Below are positions 1 to 9,123 of a DNA stretch of 63,207 nucleotides, one piece after another (the first letter of the stretch is position 1; every line of letters starts with the position of its first letter). The DNA is from Candidatus Rokuibacteriota bacterium (lineage in GTDB: Bacteria > Methylomirabilota > Methylomirabilia > Rokubacteriales > CSP1-6). The translations under genes were made by a program, and so were the position numbers. The notes below the pieces were generated by a model. That model did no database searches, had not been told where the DNA came from, and worked only from the letters and a program-made list of their open reading frames with translations. The stretch spans positions 1-63,207 of the forward strand of contig JACPCX010000177.1 in assembly GCA_016184305.1 (NCBI GenBank), given 5' to 3'.

Positions 1-217
1 CGCGTCGACCTCATCGCCGTTGTCCTGGCGGCCGCGGACGAGGAGGACCGACACCGGGGGCTCCTGGCCACTGCCTCCTCCACACTGCCGAGCAATAGCC
101 GGTCCAGCCCAGCCGGGCGTCCCGGATGCGAGCGTCCGCCTCGTCCAATGCCTCCTGGCCGGCCTCCCGCGACCACGTGCCCCACACGGGGCTTCCCCCT
201 GCCGCTCCCTTCTGAGC

Positions 218-1243
218 TCAATGGCCTCGTCGAGCGCCGCCGGGGACGTCCGACTGCCGTCCGCCGCCGCCAGAACGCGCTTGCGCATGCCGCTTCCCCT
301 GGGCGGGCCCGGCGCGCCCGGTCCTGGCCTTGCGCGGGGCGGCCGACGCGGGTGTGCGTGCCCAGCGCTTCAGCCGCTCGACCGGCCATGTATTGATCAC
401 GTGTGCTGCCTCCACCCAGGCGCGCCGCACCGCCATGTCGCGCAGGCGGATGTTGTGGGCCTTGGACCCGCTGAAGTACTGGAGGGCGGCGCCGAAGCTC
501 TCGGGCGCGACGACCCGGAGGTCCACCTGAATCCCCTCCCGGTGACGGATCGACGCCTTGGTCTCCCCCTTCTCCAGCACCTCGGCGACCTGGGGCAGCG
601 CCACGAAGGCCTCCATCACCTCTCGGGGTGATGTGGAGGTGGCGAGGATGTCGATGTCGCCCACCGTCTCCTTGCCGCGGCGGACGGAGCCGGCGGGACT
701 GACCTCCTTCACGCCGCGGACGCGACCGAGGGCCTGCACGAGCTCCTCGGCAAGCGGCAGCGCCTGGCCGAGCCCCATCCGCCCCTGTCCCTACCGGATC
801 GTCCGGATCGCCTTGAGCAGGTTCTGTTCGGTCTTGACCTGGATGCCGGGGAGGCCGCGCAGCTTGCCGGCGCCGGCCTGCTCTTCGAGCTGAGCGACGC
901 TGGTGATCTTGCACTTCTCGTAGAGGAGGCGGGCGGTCTTGGGGCCCACGCCCGGAACGCCCATGAGCTCGACGACAGCGGGCGGCACCTCCCGGCGAAG
1001 CGAGTCGAGATCGTGGATCCGCCCGGTCTGGAGATACTCCTGGATCTTCCCGGCGAGGTCGCGGCCCACCCCCGGAATCTCCTCGAGCCGCTCCTTGGCG
1101 GCGAGGGTTTCGACCTCCTGGGTGAGGGTGTCCAGGTTCTGGGCGGCACGCCGGTAGGCGCGGACCCGGAACGGGTTCGCTCCCTTGACCTCCAGGAGAT
1201 CGGCCATCAGGTCGAAGCAGCGAGCGATTTCGAAGTTCTTCAC
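218..1243 (-). pseudogene. polX: DNA polymerase X / PHP 3'-5' exonuclease (PolX), disrupted
   Basis: VKNFEIARCFDLMADLLEVKGANPFRVRAYRRAA, AGSVRRGKETVGDIDIL, QVDLRVV and GSKAHN are PolX motifs. There is an in-frame TAG at 791-793. After DMAVRR the protein jumps to the PHP C-terminus (AWVEAAHVINTW), so an internal deletion is present. Confidence 0.85.
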
Positions 1244-1319
1244 CCCGCCCTCGCCGCTGACGGCTGGCGCGCCGCCAGGTACTCGACCATCTCTTCGCTC
1301 GTCGGCTTTCACGAGGCTC

Positions 1320-1730
1320 AACTGGGCAGCACGATCTCGAACCGCTCCCACGGCATGGCCGTCCACGTCTCGGTCTGCCCGTGCTCGACGGTCTCGACCG
1401 TGCCGCCCGAGGCGACGACCCGCTCCGTCAGGACCTCGCCCAGCTCCACCACCCTGGTCTCTTTCCCGCAGAGCCGGCAGCTCCAGCCGAACCCTCTCAG
1501 CAGTACACCGCATCCCGTGCACAGCCGGCCGGGCTCACTTTGGCCATCTCTCCCGGAGCCACCGCCTCGCGCAGGACGCTGTATACCACTCGAACTGCAC
1601 GCTCCCCCCCGGCCGCATGCGTCCCTAGGCCCGCTCCGACGTGCTGCACGAACGTGTCCAGGTCCATCAGCAGCGCACCGGGCGGCTCGTCCCGGAGCCT
1701 GGCCTTGAGGGCGCCAGGGAGCTGGGTCAT
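1320..1730 (-). pseudogene. Fused remnants: DUF2267-like fragment followed by an eRF1/baeRF-like C-terminal fragment
   Basis: TQLPGALKARL..DLDTFVQHV..AVRVVYSVLREAVAPGEM resembles DUF2267. In another frame, WSCRLCGKETRVVELGEVLTERVVASGGTVETV resembles the eRF1 domain-3 end. There are no clean starts. Confidence 0.4.
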
Positions 1731-2000
1731 GAACCGGAGCGATGAAATCGCCGGCGCTGTAGATGATGGGCGCCTCCAGTGGATGCCGAGACCTCGGAAC
1801 CCGCGTTCGGGTCGTGAATCACCCCGGCGTATAGCGCGCCCGACCTCAGGATCCCGATGGAGACGGCCAAGCACGGGATCCCGAGAGCGTAGTAGTTCGT
1901 CCCGTCGAGATCCAGCCCTCACGATGCCTCCTGTTCCTGCCCTGGCGTTCCGTGGCGGAGGGTCACGGGCAGGGAGGCTGAGGGGGTGCACGCACCCCCG

Positions 2001-2230
2001 TCAGCGCGCCGCTCGGTCCAGCCGCTCCGTGGCAGGCCCGAGTGGGATGCGGGACATCACGCATTCCGGGAGCGGAACGTGCTCGACACAGTGGTGGCAG
2101 TAGAAGTCCAGCTCGAGGCCGGCGCGGCGTCCCTGGAACTCGAGTGGGTGGCGGCACCAGGCGTGGAAGAGCCGCCCGTCGGCGCTGCGGAACACGGTGA
2201 CGATGGGAGGGACAACCGGGCCGTGCGCCA
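2001..2230 (-). CDS. Small hypothetical protein with possible metal-binding motif (HxWC..CHHC)
   Basis: ORF 2001..2393 has plausible composition (FHAWCRHPLEF..FYCHHCVEH). The start is uncertain. Confidence 0.45.
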
Positions 2231-2389
2231 CTCTCCGCTCCGGGCGCAGGCTCTCGATGCGTGAAGCGCGGGGATGCTCGCGCTGGCCTCCATGGAAGCC
2301 GGTGTCCCCCCGAGATCTCGATCTCCTGGTCGGAGCGCTGATCATGGCCCGTCCTCCCTTCCCTGGCTCCACCTCTCCTAACCCTCCCG

Positions 2390-2953
2390 TCAACCCTCCC
2401 GCCGCTTCCAGCGCTCCGGCCTCGACACGATGCCCTCGTCCATGATCTGCACCATGGCCTTGAAGAGGTCGTCACCGGTCAGCATGCCGAACAGCTTTCC
2501 CCTGTCAACCACCGGTAGCGCCCCGATCTTCTGCTCGTGCATGATCCGGGCGGCCTGGCGGATCTCCGTGTCCGGCCGCACCGTGATCACCCCCCACGTC
2601 ATGACCTCCTTGACGGTGAGGACGTTGAACGCGCGGGCGAGGTTGCCCAGCTGTTCCTGGATCGACGGCTCCAGGATCACCTGCCGGAGGTCCCGGTCGC
2701 TCACGATCCCGACGAGGCGGCTTGCTGCGTCGAGCACGGGGAGGTGGCGCACCTTGCGCGTGCGCATCAGCTTCCAGGCGACGCCCACCGTCGCGTCCTG
2801 GCGCACGGTCAGGGCGGGCCGCGTCATCACGTCTCTCACGCTCAAGGTCTTCTCCGGCCAGGTGGCGGCTTCCAGCTCGGCCAGCTCCCTCCCCGGGCGT
2901 TTGGGCCTCCGGGTCCGCATTTCTCGCGTCACTACTCTCGCTGGATGGTGCAT
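2390..2953 (-). CDS. CBS domain pair protein (AcuB-like)
   Basis: VRDVMTRP..VRHLPVLD..GIVSDRD and VKEVMTWGVITV..KIGALPVV. GGAG lies upstream of the ATG. Confidence 0.9.
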   Translation of the reverse strand: MHHPARVVTREMRTRRPKRPGRELAELEAATWPEKTLSVRDVMTRPALTVRQDATVGVAWKLMRTRKVRHLPVLDAASRLVGIVSDRDLRQVILEPSIQEQLGNLARAFNVLTVKEVMTWGVITVRPDTEIRQAARIMHEQKIGALPVVDRGKLFGMLTGDDLFKAMVQIMDEGIVSRPERWKRREG

Positions 2954-2995
2954 GGCTCCTCCTTCGGAGGGCATTCGTCAACCTATTGAACGACG

Positions 2996-3012
2996 AGCAA
3001 TGACGGTGCCAA
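2996..3012 (-). promoter_or_regulatory. sigma54 (-24/-12) promoter for the CBS gene
   Basis: Minus strand reads TTGGCACCGTCATTGCT (GG-N10-GC, near consensus). Confidence 0.8.
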
Positions 3013-3074
3013 GCGGCCCTGTCGGGCAACCCGCCGATTGTGCGCCGCAGCGAATGACGCGGCGACCGTGCGGA

Positions 3075-3112
3075 TGTGTCATCCCCTCCCCACTTGGGGC
3101 GTGCCATCCCCA
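3075..3112. promoter_or_regulatory. Tandem candidate enhancer sites TG(G/T)G-N9-CCCC
   Basis: TGTGTCATCCCCTCCCCA and TGGGGCGTGCCATCCCCA lie between two divergent sigma54 promoters. Similar pairs occur at 53890 and 57140. Confidence 0.45.
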
Positions 3113-3199
3113 TGTCCGTCTACTGCCCTCCGGGGCCCGAAGTCGAAAAATGCGCGGAGCCAGAGGACGTTGGCCGGCTCCGGGGATCCGGTGCCTCGC

Positions 3200-3215
3200 T
3201 GGCAGCCCGGTTGCA
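3200..3215 (+). promoter_or_regulatory. sigma54 promoter for the M50 protease gene
   Basis: TGGCAGCCCGGTTGCA (GG-N10-GC). Confidence 0.75.
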
Positions 3216-3279
3216 CTGCAGAGCCTGGATGTCGCAGGGGCGGATCGGCGCGATGGTTACCACGGGGGGAGAGAGGGAT

Positions 3280-4410
3280 GTGAGCACGCGTGCCGCCGGA
3301 GGCCGGGTGAGGCTCGGGTCGGTCTGGGGCATCCCCATCGGCCTCCATCCGAGCTGGTTCTTCGTCTTCGCCCTGGTCACGTGGTCCCTGGCGGCGGGGT
3401 ACTTCCCCCAAGAGTACCCCGGGTGGCCCGTCCTCCAATACTGGCTCGTCGGCGCGGCCACGGCCCTGCTGTTCTTCTGTTGCATCCTCGTCCACGAGCT
3501 GGGACACTCCCGTGTCTCGATTCAGAGCGGGATCGCGATCCGCGGGATCACCCTCTTCATCTTCGGGGGCGTCGCGCAGATCGCACGAGAGCCCGCCTCG
3601 CCCCGGGTCGAGCTCAAGATCGCCGTGGCGGGACCCCTCACGAGCCTCGCGCTGGCGGCCGGCTTCGCCGGTGCCTGGCTTGTCGTCCGCGGGGCGGCCG
3701 TTCTCGAGGCGCCCGTGATCTGGCTCGCGCGGATCAACCTGATGGTGGCGATCTTCAACCTCATTCCTGGATTCCCACTTGACGGGGGACGGGTCTTCCG
3801 GGCCCTGGTCTGGCTCTGGACGGGAAACTTCGCCCAGGCGACGTGGGCCGCCTCCCTGGCCGGTCAGGTCTTCGCGGTGGGCTTCATCGGTCTGGGCGTC
3901 CTCACGGCGCTGGGAGGGAACGCGCTCGGCGGCGTGTGGATGATTCTCATCGGCTGGTTTCTCCAGAGCGCGGCGGCGGCCATCCAGGCGCAGGCCGGAC
4001 TGGTCGAGCTGCTACGCGGAGCCACGGTGACCCAGGCGATGGATCCGGACTGCCCTCGCGTGCCGCGAACGATCACCCTGGCCCGGCTGGTCCATGACGA
4101 GGTGCTCGGCCGGGGCCGGCGCTGCTTCTTCGTGACCGAGGACGGCCACCTGCACGGCCTGCTCACGCTTCACGAGTTGAAAACGGTCCCGCGGGAGCGG
4201 TGGGAGCGGGTCACGGCGGCAGAGGTCATGACCCCGACCGAGCGGCTCGTCACCGTCACACCCGAGCAGGATCTCTTCGCCGCCCTGCAGAAGATGGACG
4301 ATGCCCGCGTGAGCCAGATGCCGGTCGTGGCCGGCGGCAGGCTCCTGGGAACCGTCAGCCGAGAGCAGGTGCTCCATTATGTGCGCGTCCGCGCCGAGCT
4401 GGGGACATAG
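3280..4410 (+). CDS. Site-2 protease (peptidase M50) with C-terminal CBS pair
   Basis: HELGH zinc motif, AVAGP, NLIPGFPLDGGR, followed by two CBS domains. GTG start after a purine-rich RBS. Confidence 0.92.
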   Translation: MSTRAAGGRVRLGSVWGIPIGLHPSWFFVFALVTWSLAAGYFPQEYPGWPVLQYWLVGAATALLFFCCILVHELGHSRVSIQSGIAIRGITLFIFGGVAQIAREPASPRVELKIAVAGPLTSLALAAGFAGAWLVVRGAAVLEAPVIWLARINLMVAIFNLIPGFPLDGGRVFRALVWLWTGNFAQATWAASLAGQVFAVGFIGLGVLTALGGNALGGVWMILIGWFLQSAAAAIQAQAGLVELLRGATVTQAMDPDCPRVPRTITLARLVHDEVLGRGRRCFFVTEDGHLHGLLTLHELKTVPRERWERVTAAEVMTPTERLVTVTPEQDLFAALQKMDDARVSQMPVVAGGRLLGTVSREQVLHYVRVRAELGT

Positions 4411-4466
4411 CGGCGTCGCCGCGGCCCGAGCGAGTGCGCCTCCGAGCCGTGGGAGTCCGTCGGGGG

Positions 4467-4785
4467 TTACCAGGGAAAATCCGGGTCGTCCTCGATCTTC
4501 TGCTCCCTCCGGAGCGCGGCGAGCACGTCGCGTCCCGTGAGGATGCGGACCAGGTTGCTGTCCCCGACGACGGGCAGACTTCCGATGCGCCGCTGGAACA
4601 TGGTGAGGCCGGCCTGGGCGAGCGTCGCCTCGGGCTGGATAGTCGCCACCGACCACGTCATTACGTCCCGGACCCGCCGGGCCTTGAGCATCTGGGGCGC
4701 CGCCCCGACGTGCCCGGCGAGCGCGGGGACGAAGACGGCGTGCTCGATGTCCCGATCGGTGAGGCTCCCGAGGAGGCGCCCGGCC
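4467..4785 (-). pseudogene. 5'-truncated CBS domain protein
   Basis: GRLLGSLTDRDIE..VRDVMTWSVATI..RIGSLPVV. Most of the first CBS domain is missing. Confidence 0.65.
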
Positions 4786-4949
4786 CATAGGAAACATTAC
4801 CGCCAGTTCGCATCACGCTCCCCCATGCAGCGGGCATCCAGGACCCCCTGAAAGGCCCCGGCGTCGTCGAGCCGCCGGCCCCGGACCCGCTTCCTGGAGC
4901 CGAGACCGCCCGGCTCTGATCCGGCTCCTGCGGCGATCCTGCTCCCGGG

Positions 4950-5180
4950 GTCGGCGTTGCGCCCTTCGCGCGCGAAGCTCCGGCGCCAGGGCGACGGATA
5001 GACCTCCGCCACCACCGACCGCCCGACCGGGATGTCCCAGCCGTCGAAGGGCCAGAAATGGACCCGGTCACCCGCCTGCTGGCAGACGTAGGCGCAGCCA
5101 CGGCAGGCCGGCGTGGGTGGACTTGGCCACCGAGCCCTGCACGTCGAAATGGCAGACTGACTTGGCCGCGCCAGCCCGTA
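4950..5180 (-). pseudogene. Frameshifted fragment of a conserved hypothetical protein
   Basis: SVCHFDVQGSVAKSTHAGLPWL in one frame continues as GDRVHFWPFDGWDIPVGRSVVAEVYPS in another. Confidence 0.55.
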
Positions 5181-5293
5181 CCCGCAAGATCGAACACTTC
5201 GGGGGCTCGGAGTATGCGCACCTGGCGCGCGGTTGTCCCGAGTGGGGCGCCGTCGCCCCACGGCTCTCCCTGCGGCCCCTGAGGGATTCGATC

Positions 5294-5307
5294 ATGGCCT
5301 GCATCGT
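5294..5307. promoter_or_regulatory. Degenerate Crp/Fnr-type box (possible autoregulation)
   Basis: ATGGCCTGCATCGT, 12/14 identical to the box at 10759. Confidence 0.45.
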
Positions 5308-5366
5308 GTAATCGATGGGGATGACATAAGAAAGGACGCCGCCGCCCCTGTGTTATCCTGGCGCCG

Positions 5367-6068
5367 ATGTCCGCCCGCGAGGTGCAGTCGTTCCTGAAGC
5401 ACAGTCCCGTCTTTGCCTCGCTCCCGGCGCGAGAGATCGAGACCCTCAGCGCCGTCGTCTCCGAGGACAGCTTCCGCGCCCGCGACTACGTCTTCATGGA
5501 GGGCGACCCGTCCCTGTCGCTGTGCATCGTCAAGTCCGGGCGGGTCAAGATCGTCAGGCACTCGCGATCCGGCAAGGACGTGGTGCTGGAGCTGCTCGGG
5601 CCGGGAGAGCTCTTCGGCGGCGTCGCGGTGATCGAGAAGCGCCCGTACCCGGCCAGCGCCCAGGCCACCGAGCCCAGCGTGATCCTCAAGCTCCCCGCCG
5701 ACGCCGTCATCGGTCTCTCCGAGCGGTACCCGACGGTGATCAAGGAGATGGCCCTCATGATCGGCCGCCGGCTCCGGGACGCGCATGACTCGGTGAAGTC
5801 ACTCGCCGTGGACCCCGTGGAGGCGCGCCTCGCCGCGACGCTCATCCGGCTGGGAGAGCGCGAGGGGACCAGGAGCCGGCAGGGGCTCACGCTCCCCTTC
5901 CATCTGACCCGACAGGGGCTGGCCGACATGACGGGCACCACGGTCGAGACGACCATCCGGGTCTTGAGCCGTTGGTCGAAGGACGGGCTGATCCTCGACG
6001 ACGGGGGCCGGCTCATCCTCACCGATCTCGAATCACTCCGCGCCCTCGCCCAGGGCGAGGAAGCGTAG
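5367..6068 (+). CDS. Crp/Fnr family regulator (DNR/HcpR/NnrR-like, no FNR Cys cluster)
   Basis: cNMP-binding fold (FMEGD..SGRVKI..GPGELFG..YPASAQA) and HTH with TVETTIRVLS (E-x3-R). Confidence 0.93.
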   Translation: MSAREVQSFLKHSPVFASLPAREIETLSAVVSEDSFRARDYVFMEGDPSLSLCIVKSGRVKIVRHSRSGKDVVLELLGPGELFGGVAVIEKRPYPASAQATEPSVILKLPADAVIGLSERYPTVIKEMALMIGRRLRDAHDSVKSLAVDPVEARLAATLIRLGEREGTRSRQGLTLPFHLTRQGLADMTGTTVETTIRVLSRWSKDGLILDDGGRLILTDLESLRALAQGEEA

Positions 6069-6094
6069 CCCACGTCCCCTCGGCCGGATATCCC

Positions 6095-6538
6095 GTGCCC
6101 CCGCTCATCCGCCGCTACATCAAGACGAGCTTCCTCTTCCTCCTGACCGGCCTGCTCCTCGGCGGCTATATCCTCGTGGGCGAGTTCGCCGTCGGCGCCT
6201 ATCCCCCGCGGCTCATGATCACCGCGCATGCGCATCTGCTCCTCGTGGGCTTCATGCTCATGATCGTCATGGGCGTCGCGACGTGGATGTTCCCGCGCCC
6301 GGGCCGCGACGACACGCATTACCGACCAGAGCTGGCGGAGGCCGTCTACTGGCTCATGACGTCGGGGACCGCGCTGCGCGCCGTCGCCGAGGTGTGGGGC
6401 GGCTTCTCGCCCGCGCCATTCCTCCGGCTCGCCATCGCCCTCGGCGGTCTCGCCCAGCTCGCCGGAGCCGCGCTCTTCGTCCTGAACATGTGGTGGCGCG
6501 TCCGGATGCCCACCGTCGCTCCCCCGCCCTCACGGTAA
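6095..6538 (+). CDS. Four-helix membrane protein with HxH motif (COX1-like fragment family)
   Basis: YIKTSFLFLL..TAHAHLLLVGFMLMIVMGVATWMFPRP. Confidence 0.75.
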   Translation: MPPLIRRYIKTSFLFLLTGLLLGGYILVGEFAVGAYPPRLMITAHAHLLLVGFMLMIVMGVATWMFPRPGRDDTHYRPELAEAVYWLMTSGTALRAVAEVWGGFSPAPFLRLAIALGGLAQLAGAALFVLNMWWRVRMPTVAPPPSR

Positions 6539-6622
6539 CCGCAGTACCGCTCGCGCGGACCCCCCGGCTACCGGTGGAGTCCGTGCCGCGGTGGCGTCCC
6601 GGCTTGTACCCCCCTTCACCAC

Positions 6623-6640
6623 CTATGACAAAGGTCATAG
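6623..6640. promoter_or_regulatory. Crp/Fnr-type palindromic operator
   Basis: Perfect palindrome CTATGAC-AAAG-GTCATAG (TGA-N6-TCA), about 50 bp upstream of the DUF542 gene. Confidence 0.75.
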
Positions 6641-6689
6641 AGAGGGCCCAAGACCTCCGGTAGCCTGACAGGCAAGGAGGAGACAGACC

Positions 6690-6941
6690 ATGACGCACTC
6701 TTGCGGTTGCCATTCCGCCGGTTCCCCGGAGATCTCGAAGGCGCTGCCGGCCTTCACCGCCGAGCAGACGGTGGAGGCGGTGTCGCGCCTCTCCCCAGGC
6801 GCGCTCGACGTGATGAAGGGCATGGGCATCAATCACTGCTGCGGCGGCCACCTCACGCTGCGCGAGGCCGCAGCCTCGGCGGGACTCGCGCTGGAGGCGC
6901 TGATCGAGGCCCTGCAGCGGACGGAGGGCGCGACGGCATGA
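6690..6941 (+). CDS. DUF542 (ScdA_N / RIC N-terminal) domain protein
   Basis: MGINHCCGGHLTLREAA, matching the RIC/YtfE DxCCGG motif. Strong RBS AAGGAGG. Confidence 0.85.
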   Translation: MTHSCGCHSAGSPEISKALPAFTAEQTVEAVSRLSPGALDVMKGMGINHCCGGHLTLREAAASAGLALEALIEALQRTEGATA

Positions 6942-7822
6942 TCTCGGCCGATTTCACCCTCGCCCGCCTCCTGGACGAGCACCCCGAGCTCGTGGAGGTG
7001 CTCGCGGATCTCAATCCGCACTTCAAGCATCTCCGCAATCAGCTGCTGCGCAAGGTGATGGCGCCGCGGGTCACCGTGGCGCAGGCCGCGCGCATCGCCG
7101 GCGTGCCGGAGGAGCAGATGCTGGAGGCGCTGAGGCGCGCGCTGGGCGAGCCGGCGGCCCCGGCCCCTTCCCCCGCCCTCTCCCCGCAGAGCACAGTTGG
7201 CTGCCCCGCGCCCTCCCTCTGCGAGGAAGAGGGCGGGAGCGGGCACGAGGGGAGAGGCGCCGAGGAGGGTGGATCGGCCATACCCGCGGCGCTGGCCGCC
7301 GTGCCCGCCTCGCGCCAGGTGCACATCGACGTCCGCCAGGACATCGCGCGCGGCCAGGAGCCCTTTGCCCGCATCATGGGCGCCGTCAAGGGGCTCGGCG
7401 AGGGCGACGTACTCGTGCTCCGCGCGCCTTTCGAGCCCGTCCCGCTCTACGACGTGCTCGGCAAGCGCGGCCTCGCCCACTGGTCCGAGCCCCTCGGCGC
7501 GGCCGACTGGCGGGTGTGGTTCTACCGGGAGGCTGCCGTGGCCGGCGCGGCAGACGCAGCCGCGCCATCAGCGCCGTCCGCCCCGGCGCCGAGCGTCATC
7601 GTGCGCATCGACGTCCGGGGACTCGAGCCGCCGCAGCCGATGGTGCGCGTGCTCGAGCAGCTGGACGGGCTCGGGGCCGGCCAGGGGCTCGAGGTGATCC
7701 ACGACCGGCGCCCGCTCTTCCTCTACCCACAGCTCGACGAGCGCGGCTTTGCGCATGACACCGACGAGCCCGAGGCCGGCGTGGTCCGTATCCTGATCCG
7801 GCGGAAGAGCGCCACGGGATGA
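6938..7822 (+). CDS. DUF1858 + tandem DUF2249 (TusA/SirA-like) domain protein
   Basis: LLDEHPELVEVL..TVAQAARIAGV, DVRQDIARGQEPFARIM..APFEPVPLY, and DVRGLEPPQPM..HDRRPLFLYPQL. Confidence 0.85.
   Translation: MISADFTLARLLDEHPELVEVLADLNPHFKHLRNQLLRKVMAPRVTVAQAARIAGVPEEQMLEALRRALGEPAAPAPSPALSPQSTVGCPAPSLCEEEGGSGHEGRGAEEGGSAIPAALAAVPASRQVHIDVRQDIARGQEPFARIMGAVKGLGEGDVLVLRAPFEPVPLYDVLGKRGLAHWSEPLGAADWRVWFYREAAVAGAADAAAPSAPSAPAPSVIVRIDVRGLEPPQPMVRVLEQLDGLGAGQGLEVIHDRRPLFLYPQLDERGFAHDTDEPEAGVVRILIRRKSATG
7175..7258. repeat. Palindromic REP-like element embedded in frame in the DUF2249 gene linker
   Basis: CCTCTCCCC (7177-7185) pairs with GGGGAGAGG (7249-7257), with a nested CCCTCT/AGAGGG stem. Confidence 0.55.
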
Positions 7823-9123
7823 CCCCGCCCCGCCCGGGTGGCGGCGTCCCGTCGGTCACACTGCCCCTTCGTTACATGGTCGCCGCGGCCATCGCCTTCG
7901 TCCTGGCGGCGGCAGGCACCGTGTGGCTTGCCTCCGAGCTGGCGGGCCACTACTACCAGCCCCGCGTCGTGGCGCTCACCCACACGGTGACCCTCGGCTG
8001 GATCACGCTCACGATCATGGGGGCAAGCTATCAGCTCGTCCCCATCGTCCTCGAGCGGCCGGTCTGGAGCGAAAGGCTCGCGCGCTGGCAGTTCCTGATC
8101 CTGGCGGGCGGGATCGCGGGCATGATCGCGCACTTGTACCTCGGCACCTGGCCGGGGCTCGGGCTGGCGGCGGGCGTCGTCGCCCTCGGCGCCACGCTCC
8201 ATCTGATCAACGCCCTGGCGAGCCTCCGGGGCGTCAGGACCTGGAGCTTCACCTCGCGGCTCCTGGCGGTGGCGCTCTCGGGCCTGGCCCTGACCGTCCT
8301 CTTTGGCCTCGCCCTGGCGGCGGACCGCCTCTGGAAGTTCCTGCCGGGAGAGTTCTTCCCCACGCTGCACGCCCACTTCCACCTGGCGCTCCTCGGCTGG
8401 GTGGCGCCGATGGTGATGGGCGTGGCGGCGCGCGTGTATCCCATGTTCCTCCTCGCCCGCGATCCGGAAGGGTGGCCCGGGGCGCTGCAGCTCTGGGGCC
8501 TCGCGCTCGGCAGCCCCGTCGTGGCGCTCGGGCTCCTCGCGGTGCCCATCCTCGTCCTCCCCGGGGCGCTGGCCGTCGGGGCCGCCGTCGCCGGACACCT
8601 CGCGTGGGTCTCCGAGATGGCCGCCAGCCGCAAGCGGCCGGCGCTGGACTGGGGGCTCCGCCTCGCGCTCACCGGCACGGCATTCCTCATCCCGGCGGGC
8701 CTCATGGGCCTCGGCTTCGCCGCGGACATGCTTGGCGGACCCCGGATGGGGCTCGCCTACGGCGTGCTCGCCCTCGGCGGCTGGGTCTCCCTCACCATCG
8801 TCGGCATGCTGTTCAAGATCGTGCCCTTCCTCGTCTGGTATCGCGCGTACAGCCCCAAGGCGGGGAAGGCGCCGGTGCCGACCCTCGCCCAGCTGTCGTG
8901 GCCGAGGGCCGAGGCCTGCACCTATGGGCTCCTCACCGTGGGCGTGAGCGCGCTCGCGCTCGCCGTGGGTGTGGGCGATCCCCTCTGGATCGGCGGCGCA
9001 GGCGCCATCGTCGTGCTCGGGGCGCTTGCCTTCGCGGTCTCGCTGGCGCGCGTGCTGACACATCTGGCGCCCACCCCGGGACGCCACCTTCCTGCCAGCA
9101 CGCTCAGCGTGCACACGCGATGA
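7819..9123 (+). CDS. Polytopic membrane protein with conserved His (COX1-/NnrS-like), DUF2249-associated
   Basis: About 12 hydrophobic segments; LTHTVTLGW, LHAHFHLALLGW, GMLFKIVPFLVW. Confidence 0.8.
   Translation: MTPPRPGGGVPSVTLPLRYMVAAAIAFVLAAAGTVWLASELAGHYYQPRVVALTHTVTLGWITLTIMGASYQLVPIVLERPVWSERLARWQFLILAGGIAGMIAHLYLGTWPGLGLAAGVVALGATLHLINALASLRGVRTWSFTSRLLAVALSGLALTVLFGLALAADRLWKFLPGEFFPTLHAHFHLALLGWVAPMVMGVAARVYPMFLLARDPEGWPGALQLWGLALGSPVVALGLLAVPILVLPGALAVGAAVAGHLAWVSEMAASRKRPALDWGLRLALTGTAFLIPAGLMGLGFAADMLGGPRMGLAYGVLALGGWVSLTIVGMLFKIVPFLVWYRAYSPKAGKAPVPTLAQLSWPRAEACTYGLLTVGVSALALAVGVGDPLWIGGAGAIVVLGALAFAVSLARVLTHLAPTPGRHLPASTLSVHTR

Noticed and set aside
791-793. In-frame TAG in polX as possible pyrrolysine or readthrough recoding
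   Set aside because: The same gene also has a large internal deletion, and TAG ends many intact genes here. Simple pseudogenisation is more parsimonious.
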